Positions 9,613-17,386 of a stretch of DNA of 64,000 nt are shown here, one piece after another. Source of the DNA: Chlamydiota bacterium. GTDB taxonomy: Bacteria > Auribacterota > Tritonobacteria > UBA1439. Each line of letters begins with the position of its first letter. Within the stretch, counting starts at the first letter, position 1. The stretch spans positions 35,660-99,659 of the forward strand of contig JBAXOY010000001.1 of NCBI GenBank assembly GCA_037133055.1. Reading direction: 5' to 3'. Both the position numbers and the translations under genes were made by a program. Below the pieces are notes generated by a model. It was not told where the DNA came from and did no database searches. It worked only from the letters and a program-made list of their open reading frames with translations.

Positions 9613-9938
9613 AGATCGGCACCGTCATCGGCACGGTGGTGGCGACCCTGAAGCCCGAGGGGTTCAACGGCCGCAAGCTCCTCCTCGTCCGCCCCGAGGA
9701 CCCGTACGGGAAGAAGACCGAGACCCCGGTGATTGCCGTGGACACGGTCTCTGCGGGGGAGGGCGACCGGGTGATCTTCGTGGACGAGGGGAACTCCGCG
9801 CGGCAGGTGCTGGACTGGAAGGACGGCTGCGTGCGCGCCGTCATCGTGGGCTACATCGACGAGATCGACATCCCACGAAATCCCAAATCCCCGGATTCAA
9901 ATCCCAAATCCCAAATCCCGAATCCCAAGAAGAAGTAG
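9609..9938 (+). CDS. BMC pentameric vertex protein 3 (EutN/CcmL family) with a repeat-derived tail
   Basis: MKIGTVIGTVVATLK...AVDTVSAGEGDRV...EGNSARQ...VRAVIVGYID; tail NPKSPDSNPKSQIPNPKKK is encoded by the heptamer array. Confidence 0.95.
   Translation: MKIGTVIGTVVATLKPEGFNGRKLLLVRPEDPYGKKTETPVIAVDTVSAGEGDRVIFVDEGNSARQVLDWKDGCVRAVIVGYIDEIDIPRNPKSPDSNPKSQIPNPKKK
9878..9928. repeat. AAATCCC heptamer array D (reverse orientation, inside the CDS)
   Basis: aaatccc aaatccc cggattc aaatccc aaatccc aaatccc gaatccc. Confidence 0.85.
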
Positions 9939-10073
9939 GTTCCCGCTATGCCTCTTCTGTGACGCCAAGGGTGCCTTGCGTCGTCGGGATTTCGCTTCCG
10001 CTGATTGAGAAGACCCTCCAGGAGAGGGGACTGCCGGGGACCCGGATAGGAAGAGAAGGGTGTGTCTCTTTGA

Positions 10074-10097
10074 TTTGGGATTTGGGATTTGGGATTT
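10074..10097. repeat. TTTGGGA heptamer array E
   Basis: (tttggga)3 ttt, abutting the proS stop. Confidence 0.85.
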
Positions 10098-11812
10098 TAT
10101 TCCAGTGCCCGCCGCACCATCCCCGCGATCTCATCTGCGGCGCCCCCCATGTCGACGAGCCGCGCATCCTTCTCGCCCCGGACCTTCAGCTCAACCTTCC
10201 CCTGCGCGAGACCCTTCGGCCCGACGACGACCCTGAGCGGGATGCCGACGAGGTCGGCGTCCTTGAACTTCACCCCCGGCCGCTCGTCCCTGTCGTCGAG
10301 GAGCACCTCCACCCCCCGCACCTCGAGGGCGGCGCAGAGCTCCCCGGCGGCGCGTATCGTCGGCTCGTCCGTCACCTTCATCGCGATGATCTCGACGTGG
10401 TACGGCGCGATGGCCATCGGCCATATGATCCCGTCGGCGTCGTGGTGCTGCTCGATCGCGGCGGCGACGGTCCGTGTGACGCCGATGCCGTAGCAGCCCA
10501 TGACGAACGGCTTCGCCGCCCCGTCCTCGTCCGAGAACGTCGCCCCCATCGACTCGCTGTACTTCCTGCCCAGCTTGAAGATCTGCCCGACCTCGATCCC
10601 GCGGTACGCCGTGAGCGGCGCGCCGCACCTCGGGCACCCGTCGCCCTCCCGGCTCACGGCGAGGTCGTGGTACTCCGCGGCGGTAAAATCGCGACCCTCG
10701 CTCACCCCCGCGAGGTGATGGTCGGTCCGGTTCGCCCCCGTGACGCCGTCCCGCATCCCCTTCACCGTGCGGTCGGCGATGACGAGGACCCCTTTGAGGC
10801 CGAGGGGCCCCGCGAAGCCGACCTCGGCCCCCGTGACTTTCCGGATCGCCGCCTCGTCGGCCAGCTCCAGCCCGGCGCGGCCGAGGGCCTTGCCGAGCTT
10901 CGGCTCGCTCACATCCCTGTCGCCGCGGATGAGCACCGCGACCGTCTCCTCCCCCGCGCGGTAGAGCAGCGTTTTGATGAGCCGGTCCGGCGTCACGCCG
11001 AGGAACGCCGTCACCTCCTCGACCGTCTTCCTCCCCGGGGTGTGGACCTCGCGGAGCTCCGCCTCTTCGCGCTCCTCCGCAGGCGGCACCGCGCCGGTCG
11101 CCGTGTCGGTCGTCGCGGCGTAGCCGCAGGCCTCCGACGGGCACGAGATCACCACGGACTCTCCCGTCTCGGCGAGCACCATGAACTCGTGCGTGTCCTT
11201 CCCCCCCATGAGGCCGGGGTCGGCGAGCACCGCCCTGAAGGTGAGCCCGCACCGCCTGAAGATGCGGGAGTACACTTCGTGCATGCGCAGGTAGTACTCC
11301 TCGAGCGACGCTGCGTCCCGGTGGAATGAATAGGCGTCCTTCATCGTGAACTCTCTCCCGCGCATCACGCCGAAGCGCGGCCGCACCTCGTCCCGGAACT
11401 TGGTCTGTATCTGGTACAGGCAGAGCGGCAGCTCGCGGTAAGAGCGCACCTCGCCCCGCACCGTCGCGGTGATGACCTCCTCGTGCGTGGGCCCGAGCGC
11501 GAACTCCCTGTCGTGCCGGTCCTTGAGGCGCATGAGCTCCTTGCCGTACTCGTCCCAGCGCCCGCTCTCGCGCCAGAGCTCCGCGGGGCTCAGGATGGGG
11601 AGGAGCAGCTCCTGCGCGCCCGCGCGGTCCATCTCCTCGCGCACGATGCGCTCGACCTTCCTGATGCTCCGCCACCCGAGCGGGAGGTAGGTGTAGACCC
11701 CCGCGCCGAGCTTCCGCATCATCCCCGCGCGAAGCATCAGCCTGTGGCTGGCGATCTCGGCGTCCGCGGGGCTCTCTTTCAATGTCGGTATGAATGCGTG
11801 TGTCCATTTCAT
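10097..11812 (-). CDS. proS: Prolyl-tRNA synthetase (bacterial type with INS editing domain)
   Basis: SHRLMLRAG, LGPTHEE, KFRDEVRPRFGVMRGREFTMKDAYSF, GIEVGQIFKLG, MGCYGIGV and DDRDERPGVKFKDADLVGIP motifs. Confidence 0.98.
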   Translation of the reverse strand: MKWTHAFIPTLKESPADAEIASHRLMLRAGMMRKLGAGVYTYLPLGWRSIRKVERIVREEMDRAGAQELLLPILSPAELWRESGRWDEYGKELMRLKDRHDREFALGPTHEEVITATVRGEVRSYRELPLCLYQIQTKFRDEVRPRFGVMRGREFTMKDAYSFHRDAASLEEYYLRMHEVYSRIFRRCGLTFRAVLADPGLMGGKDTHEFMVLAETGESVVISCPSEACGYAATTDTATGAVPPAEEREEAELREVHTPGRKTVEEVTAFLGVTPDRLIKTLLYRAGEETVAVLIRGDRDVSEPKLGKALGRAGLELADEAAIRKVTGAEVGFAGPLGLKGVLVIADRTVKGMRDGVTGANRTDHHLAGVSEGRDFTAAEYHDLAVSREGDGCPRCGAPLTAYRGIEVGQIFKLGRKYSESMGATFSDEDGAAKPFVMGCYGIGVTRTVAAAIEQHHDADGIIWPMAIAPYHVEIIAMKVTDEPTIRAAGELCAALEVRGVEVLLDDRDERPGVKFKDADLVGIPLRVVVGPKGLAQGKVELKVRGEKDARLVDMGGAADEIAGMVRRALE

Positions 11813-11822
11813 GGCATTTTTC

Positions 11823-12875
11823 CTACTCCACCGTCACCTTCTCCGTCGCCACGGCGAGCGCGGTCTCGGCGCGCGCGATCGAGTGGAGCGGGATCAGGGC
11901 GAGGTGGATGGTGTAGATGCCCGGGTGCGTCGCGGGGTCTATCACGGCGTCGACAAGGGTTTTGTAGACGGGCAGCCTGATCCCATCCGGGTCGCTGATG
12001 AAGGGGATGACTCCGGAGGTGATCCTGCCCCTCTTCGTGAGCGAATATTTCTTTCCGTCGGGCGCAATGATCACGGCGTATCCCTTCACGGCCGCCGGCA
12101 GAGGCTGTGCGATGGCATCGAGCGAAAACTTCTCCCCCGCCCTGACCTTCCTCCCGCTCGGCGCCGCGTACAGGGGTGCAAGGGGTTTAAGGCCCAGCAT
12201 CTTTCTCGCCTCCGCAGGGGTGGCGATCGGCCGCTTCAGGGCGCGCGCGATCGAGACCGCCTGCCGCAGGTAGTCGAGGTTGACGGGATTCCCCTTGTAG
12301 GGCCACGCGCGGCTCTCGCGGAGGCCGAGGCGGAGGTGACCGCCTTCCCGGATGATCTTCCGCATCGCCTCGATCGGCGCCTTGCCGCCTGCGGGCGAGA
12401 ACAGGGTCCTCCTCCCCTGCGCGGCGCAGAGCTCGATCCGGCCGTTGCATCGCGCCCACTCGATGACCTCGGTCGTCGCCCCCGCGAGATCGACGTCGAG
12501 AATGACGGCGGGCGCCGCCTGGAGCACGCCCTTCACGACCTCCCGGTAGTTCGCGAGGCTCCGGTCGTAGCGGCAGCCCTCCGGTCCGCTCTCCGGCGCG
12601 AGCGGCTGCACGCGCACGACGGTGGCTCCGATACGAAGGCACTCCCCCACCTCCCCGAAATAGTCGCGCGGGCGCGTCGGGGCCTCGGCGCAGGGGGCGC
12701 TCCCCGGCTCCGGCACCAGCGCCACCTCGATGATGAGCGGCGCAGGCCCGCGTTTCGCATGCTTCGCGGGCGCGGATTTCGGCATCTTCACGAGCCGGGG
12801 CTGCGGATTGTTCTCGGCCCGCGCGCACGCGTAGAGCAAAGCGGCGGCACAAAGAACGGCGGCCGACCTTCTCAT
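11823..12875 (-). CDS. Exported protein: degenerate BKACE/Kce (DUF849)-like domain plus C-terminal beta-rich domain
   Basis: Signal/lipobox-like LLYAC; PLIIEVAL and GGHLRLGLRE...AVSIARALKRPIATPAEARKMLGL resemble the Kce termini. Confidence 0.6.
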   Translation of the reverse strand: MRRSAAVLCAAALLYACARAENNPQPRLVKMPKSAPAKHAKRGPAPLIIEVALVPEPGSAPCAEAPTRPRDYFGEVGECLRIGATVVRVQPLAPESGPEGCRYDRSLANYREVVKGVLQAAPAVILDVDLAGATTEVIEWARCNGRIELCAAQGRRTLFSPAGGKAPIEAMRKIIREGGHLRLGLRESRAWPYKGNPVNLDYLRQAVSIARALKRPIATPAEARKMLGLKPLAPLYAAPSGRKVRAGEKFSLDAIAQPLPAAVKGYAVIIAPDGKKYSLTKRGRITSGVIPFISDPDGIRLPVYKTLVDAVIDPATHPGIYTIHLALIPLHSIARAETALAVATEKVTVE

Positions 12876-13246
12876 CGCCCCTTCCCCCGTATCTCTTCAA
12901 CGATCTCGTTCAGCCGCCACTCGAGCCCCGAGAGGACCCAGAACATGAAGTGCATCTGGCGCGAGTAGCTGTGGAGGAGCCACATGATCTTGAGCGAGAT
13001 GAGCACGATGCCGACCTCGATCATCGAGAGGGTGAGCCTGCCGTGCGTGAGGAGCGACACGGCGAAACAGGCGGCGATGGCGACTGCAAAGAATATATTG
13101 AGAAGCTTCTGCTTGAACGTGGGGACGCCGCCGATCCTCCCGACGATGGCCCGGATGCGCTCCTTCTCCCTCCTGAAATGCTCGATCTCATCGACTAGGG
13201 CGGACTCCTTCTCCCTGTCGATATCCCTCGCGGCGCCGTTCGTCAT
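12872..13246 (-). CDS. Hypothetical 2-TM membrane protein
   Basis: EKERIRAIVGRIGG, two hydrophobic helices, HFMFWVLSGLEWRLNEI; ATGA overlap with the next gene. Confidence 0.8.
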   Translation of the reverse strand: MTNGAARDIDREKESALVDEIEHFRREKERIRAIVGRIGGVPTFKQKLLNIFFAVAIAACFAVSLLTHGRLTLSMIEVGIVLISLKIMWLLHSYSRQMHFMFWVLSGLEWRLNEIVEEIRGKGR

Positions 13247-13334
13247 GGCGGCACAATACCAGCTTCCGCCCGCACGTTCAACCGCAAAAGCCCCGCACCC
13301 GTATGGAGTCACTCATGGGGAGCTCCCCCATTAT

Positions 13335-13373
13335 CCCCCTCCCCCCTTGAGGGGGGGGTCGGGATGGGGGGTG
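13335..13373. repeat. REP-like C/G-rich palindrome
   Basis: ccccctccccccttgaggggggggtcgggatggggggtg; related copy at 44516-44540. Confidence 0.6.
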
Positions 13374-13425
13374 AAAATACCCGCCGTAAGTGCCCCCAGT
13401 ATCCGCACCCGGATCGCCGGATGCG

Positions 13426-14139
13426 CTATCTGGTGCCGTGCAGGTATGCGCGTCGTTCGGTCTCGGGCAGTTTTTCGATGGCGTAGCGCAGCATGGTTCG
13501 GGGCATTTCCTTGTAGTGTCGCGCCAGGAACTGTTCCTCTGTATCCGGGTTTCTCTTGCCCACCTCGCGCACCATCCACCCCGCGGCCTTGTGGATCAGG
13601 TCCTCCCGGTCATACAGCAGCAATCCCGCGACCGCCAGGGTATCCGCGAAGTCATTTCTCTTTACGAAGTGAAACGTGGACATAATGGCGATTCTTCGCT
13701 CCCACATATTTTTCGACCGCGCGAGCCGGTAGAGGGGCTTTCTGTCTCGCCTAAACAAGTGCGCCCCCACAATATGCTCCGCAGAACAATCGACCAGATC
13801 CCAACTGTTGATGTGGGCCGTGTGGTTCAAGTACGCGCGGTAGACAGCTTTCTTCTCGCCGGTCCCTCGGGACGAGGAATACCGCGCGACGAGTATCAGC
13901 AGGGCAAGGAGTCGGGCTTCATGGAAGGGGGATTTCAGTAATCCCAGGGCTTCGTCGAGGGATATTTCCCTGTACTCCCCGCAGCATTGTCTGAGGGTCG
14001 GGACACGGATGCCGAGGAACGTATCTCCTTCCCCGTATTCTCCCTTTCCCGTCCTGAAGAATCGCCGCGACTGGGTCGCGACGCCGGGATCGCCCAGTTC
14101 ACGCAACCTGCGCACAATCTGCCCGGTGTGGACGCTCAT
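13426..14139 (-). CDS. alkD: DNA alkylation repair glycosylase, AlkD family
   Basis: FFRTGKGEYGEGDTFLGIRVP, INSWDLVD, WERRIA, DLIHKAAGWMVREVGKR and MPRTMLRYAIEK motifs. Confidence 0.92.
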   Translation of the reverse strand: MSVHTGQIVRRLRELGDPGVATQSRRFFRTGKGEYGEGDTFLGIRVPTLRQCCGEYREISLDEALGLLKSPFHEARLLALLILVARYSSSRGTGEKKAVYRAYLNHTAHINSWDLVDCSAEHIVGAHLFRRDRKPLYRLARSKNMWERRIAIMSTFHFVKRNDFADTLAVAGLLLYDREDLIHKAAGWMVREVGKRNPDTEEQFLARHYKEMPRTMLRYAIEKLPETERRAYLHGTR

Positions 14140-14534
14140 CGCGCCTCACGGGGAACACTTTTCCTCCGGCCACATCTCCCGCGTGTGCCCACCCCATAGG
14201 GAGAGGACTGTTCTCTCATCATCCGAATACAGTACGAATTAAGGCTCTGGCCCGCGCGCGCGGCGCGAATCGCCAATTCCTTGTGCATTTCTTTTCCGAC
14301 GCGCACGACAAATTTCCCGGAATAGTCCGATCGGACGGTGGGCGTCGGCAATGGATCGCCGTCATCCTCATGGATCTTCAGCCATTCGTCCACGGTTCGG
14401 CAGAGATCCCCGTAGACCTCCGATTCGACAGGGCCATGAACGCCCCCTAACATCAAGCCGGGACAGGTGCCTACATAGCATTGATCTTCCTCCGACCACT
14501 CCACGATCTTCAGATACCGGTCGCTCGGTTTCAT
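14136..14534 (-). CDS. hicB: HicB-family antitoxin
   Basis: YLKIVEWSEEDQCYVGTCPGL; YSGKFVVRVGKEMHKELAIRAARAGQSLNSY (RHH). Confidence 0.9.
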   Translation of the reverse strand: MKPSDRYLKIVEWSEEDQCYVGTCPGLMLGGVHGPVESEVYGDLCRTVDEWLKIHEDDGDPLPTPTVRSDYSGKFVVRVGKEMHKELAIRAARAGQSLNSYCIRMMREQSSPYGVGTRGRCGRRKSVPREAR

Positions 14535-14725
14535 GGCGCCACCTCTCGAATAGCCTTCAGCAGTTCTCTTTCCTGATATCGCTTCGCATCCTGTCCCGGC
14601 CGGCCGCTGATGGTGATCTTGACTCCTTTCGAATGTTTGAAATTGCGATGGCTTCCCTTGCCGCCGCGATTGATGAAGCCAGCCCTCTCCAGATCTCGAA
14701 CAAGCTCCCTGATCTTTCTCGGCAT
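14531..14725 (-). CDS. hicA: HicA-family mRNA interferase toxin
   Basis: LERAGF...GGKGSHRNFKH; 64 aa; ATGA coupling to hicB. Confidence 0.92.
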   Translation of the reverse strand: MPRKIRELVRDLERAGFINRGGKGSHRNFKHSKGVKITISGRPGQDAKRYQERELLKAIREVAP

Positions 14726-14727
14726 GG

Positions 14728-14760
14728 CACTATAGTACTATAGTGATATCATTAAGTCAA
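14728..14760 (-). promoter_or_regulatory. hicAB promoter (TTGACT-17-TACTAT) with a perfect 18-bp palindromic operator
   Basis: -35 at 14755-14760, -10 at 14732-14737; CACTATAGTACTATAGTG at 14728-14745; ATG 6 nt after the -10. Confidence 0.75.
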
Positions 14761-15360
14761 TCGAGCAGACTCGGAAATATGTGTATCTTCATAAAAGAAA
14801 CCCCGGTTTGCCACGCGACCTTTATCGCGAAATGCGATGCCTTCCATCTCCAGGAGAGCCCGTTTCATTTTCAATCCGCCCCCATAGCCGCCCAGGGAGC
14901 CGTCGGAACTGATCACCCGGTGGCAGGGGATGACAATGGGAAAGGGATTGGTCGCCAGGGCCGCCCCGACGGCGCGGGCGCCGTTCGGATTGCCCACGTG
15001 TTTCGCAATGAGACTATACGTGCTGACCCTGCCGCGGGGAATCGCGTGGTCGGCGCGATGGACTTTCTGTTGAAAGGCGGAGCAGAGTTCGAGGCGGACC
15101 GCGTCGAGAGAGAACCGGATATCCTCGCCGCTCAGGGATGCCTCGATCTGACCGACAAGGATGTCGATTTCCGGGCAGGAGGAGGCAGCGGAATCAGGGA
15201 AGCATTTCCTGAGAGCGTGCGCGGCAGGGAATCCCGGCTTTGATATCAGGATGCGGCAGATCCCTGGCTCTCGTCCGTAAGCCGACCAGAGCACAGCCAC
15301 GGGGCCGAAGGGGGTGGCGCGCAGACGATAGAAAGTCGGATTTGGCACTACCTGTTTCAT
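14752..15360 (-). CDS. ogt: Methylated-DNA--protein-cysteine methyltransferase
   Basis: IPRGRVSTYSLIA...ARAVGAALATNPFPIVIPCHRVI...LGGYGGG..MKRALLEME. Confidence 0.93.
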   Translation of the reverse strand: MKQVVPNPTFYRLRATPFGPVAVLWSAYGREPGICRILISKPGFPAAHALRKCFPDSAASSCPEIDILVGQIEASLSGEDIRFSLDAVRLELCSAFQQKVHRADHAIPRGRVSTYSLIAKHVGNPNGARAVGAALATNPFPIVIPCHRVISSDGSLGGYGGGLKMKRALLEMEGIAFRDKGRVANRGFFYEDTHISESARLT

Positions 15361-15362
15361 GC

Positions 15363-15443
15363 GTCTCACGGGGCTTCGGCTGACCTGCGGCCCGACGCGA
15401 GCCTGCTCGCCCAAGGGCTGTCAGGTCCAGCCGCTGGTTGGGC
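15363..15443 (-). mobile_element. Integron attC-like recombination site (degenerate, orphan)
   Basis: Minus strand GCCCAAC-CAGCG-GCTGGACCTGAC...GCAGGTCAGC-CGAAGCCCC-GTGAGAC: R''/L''/L'/R' layout with an extrahelical G; ogt ATG 2 nt after R'. Confidence 0.6.
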
Positions 15444-15635
15444 CGCGCGCAGTGAACCCATCAGCAACCCATCAGGGGCAGACCCCTCCTCTACACAAGT
15501 TTATCGTGAATCTGTCTCACCCGTTTCGCCAATCTTCGGTCTTTCACCATCTGCTACTGAATGCGCGTATGATTAATCGTCACCGCAGCTCCGTTTTCTG
15601 ACCCTGATATTTCTCTGATCTCTCTCAGAAAGAGG

Positions 15636-16700
15636 TTATTGCGCCTCCGCAGACAGGAACTTGAACGGTTCGGCATTTTTAAACATTGCCGCCGCGCTGC
15701 CGCTGTAGGTCTCGCCGCCTGAGAGCGTCAGCTTCTTGACCGGTGCCCCCCCTTTGAAGTCCAGGTCCGCCAGAGGCACCCGGAACACGGTCGGGCTGGT
15801 GGCCGAGTCGAAATAAAGAACTTTGTTCTTGTGGTCGTAGACTGTGCGCCAGATCGTGCTGGAAATGTTGGGCTGGCCCGGGGTGGTGATGCCCAGCGGG
15901 ACCGAGACGCCGCGAATCACGCTGAAGACCGAGGCTACGGCTCTCTTGTGTTCGTCGGTTTTGGGGATGGCGTTGATGTAGAAGGAGGCACGGGCGAAGC
16001 GGTCGGCGGCCCTGTTGGTGCCCGGGAGAAATGTCAGCCCGCCGATTTGCTCCCAGTACTTGTTGAGCGCGAGCTGCTGGTCGAAGGTCGGGGAGTTGGT
16101 CATGACCTGGTACTCGCGCCCGTGGTGGATGACCAGCGTGCCCTTGACATACTCGAAAATCGCCGAGTCGCCGCTCGGATCCGAGATCGCCATGTGCCCC
16201 TGGGCGTGGGCGCCGGTTGGCAGTATGGGGGCGATGATCACGAAGGGCTCCCTGCGCAAGGCGTCGACCGCCTCGGCGACGGTGGCGAAGTTGTCCAGCA
16301 CATATTGGGCCCAGGCGGTGATCGAGAGAGTCGACTGCGTGCCGTCAGGTTTGCCGTAGTCGGATTCAACCAGGAAGAGGATGTTGGAGACCAGGCCCTT
16401 CTCGTTCATGCCGTCGACGGAGCCGACATCATAGAAGGCGCAGATGACGCTGCCGTACGCGCTGGTCCAGGCGATGGAATTGGGGCCCGCTGCCCCGTCG
16501 CGCTTCATGCCGCGCGGAAAGCAATAGAGGTTCGTGCCCGGGTCCTCCGCCCAGTCCATCGACCGGGCGACGATGACCGTGTCCTTCGGCCCAAGGTAAA
16601 CGCAGCGGGTGCACGCGTCGGAGGCGGTCGGCAGAAGCGCCGCACAGGCAACGGCGGCTCCCAAGACAGTGACGATTCGGGTGACGATAGTGTGTCTCAT
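15636..16700 (-). CDS. Choloylglycine hydrolase / penicillin V acylase family Ntn-hydrolase, exported
   Basis: Signal peptide ending SDA|CTR (N-terminal Cys nucleophile); ARSMDW, DGMNEKGL, VMTNSPTF and LPGTNRAADRFARAS motifs. Confidence 0.92.
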   Translation of the reverse strand: MRHTIVTRIVTVLGAAVACAALLPTASDACTRCVYLGPKDTVIVARSMDWAEDPGTNLYCFPRGMKRDGAAGPNSIAWTSAYGSVICAFYDVGSVDGMNEKGLVSNILFLVESDYGKPDGTQSTLSITAWAQYVLDNFATVAEAVDALRREPFVIIAPILPTGAHAQGHMAISDPSGDSAIFEYVKGTLVIHHGREYQVMTNSPTFDQQLALNKYWEQIGGLTFLPGTNRAADRFARASFYINAIPKTDEHKRAVASVFSVIRGVSVPLGITTPGQPNISSTIWRTVYDHKNKVLYFDSATSPTVFRVPLADLDFKGGAPVKKLTLSGGETYSGSAAAMFKNAEPFKFLSAEAQ

Positions 16701-16850
16701 GCAGAATACCCTCCATGGTTTATAGTGACATCTCAATCGCTTCTCACTATAGCAGATTGATCCCAAGGAGACTACGTGCAGACCTTCCGGTTCTCCGGAT
16801 CATGGGACCGATGCGTATGTCGAGGTTGCGCCTCCCCTCTTTCGCGCCCC

Positions 16851-17339
16851 TCATGTCAGTGAAACACGCAGCAACTGCCTGAGGATCACCCACCGCGTCA
16901 CGACAAACCCCAGCAGACCGGTGTACACGGCCTTGAACAAGGCGAACCGCGCGAAACAAAGCCCGGGGATACCGGCCAGATGAAACAGTCCACATGTGAG
17001 TGGCGCAAGAACGAACGCGATGCCGAACCCGAGCATCAGTCCCAGGGCCCACGAGTGACCGGGCAGGCGCGAGAGCAGACGTCCCTCACGGGAAAACCCG
17101 CTGACGGCCCTGACGCGCCCGGCCTTGAGATCACGATGGACACCGGATGTGACGAACAGCGCCACCAGCAGAGATAGGACGACCGAAGTCACTGCGGCAT
17201 CGCTTACAATGCTGCGGAGCGGCATGAACCTCATCCCGCGGTTGCCGACCCATGCCAGTGCCGGGTTGAGCGCCATGTTGATCACGGCCGCACTTGCGCC
17301 TTGTCTTCGAACGTACACAGCGACCGATTGCGGCATCAT
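16851..17339 (-). CDS. Hypothetical 4-TM membrane protein
   Basis: Four hydrophobic segments; GGAGG RBS; co-oriented with the SDR gene. Confidence 0.7.
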   Translation of the reverse strand: MMPQSVAVYVRRQGASAAVINMALNPALAWVGNRGMRFMPLRSIVSDAAVTSVVLSLLVALFVTSGVHRDLKAGRVRAVSGFSREGRLLSRLPGHSWALGLMLGFGIAFVLAPLTCGLFHLAGIPGLCFARFALFKAVYTGLLGFVVTRWVILRQLLRVSLT

Positions 17340-17386
17340 GTGACCTCCCGGCACACCGCAGTGCCTCGTCACCAGGTTCAGAAGGC

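Noticed and set aside
8656..9938. Calling the BMC locus a eut/pdu operon or carboxysome
   Set aside because: No eutBC, pduCDE, RuBisCO or aldehyde dehydrogenase in the window; only family-level assignment is supported.
7252..10097. Heptamer arrays as CRISPR or telomere-derived sequence
   Set aside because: The units are 7 bp with no unique 30-40 nt spacers, and no cas genes are present. The resemblance to TTTAGGG is superficial.
9946..10167. 73-aa ORF and other short ORFs containing IPNPKSQI or GIWDLGF
   Set aside because: These are translations of the heptamer arrays, with no RBS or coding signal.
16721..16751. TATAGTGA...TCACTATA inverted repeat resembling the HicB operator half-site
   Set aside because: Orientation and spacing differ from the hicA palindrome. 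CACTATAGCA is simply the complement of an extended -10 (TGCTATAGT).
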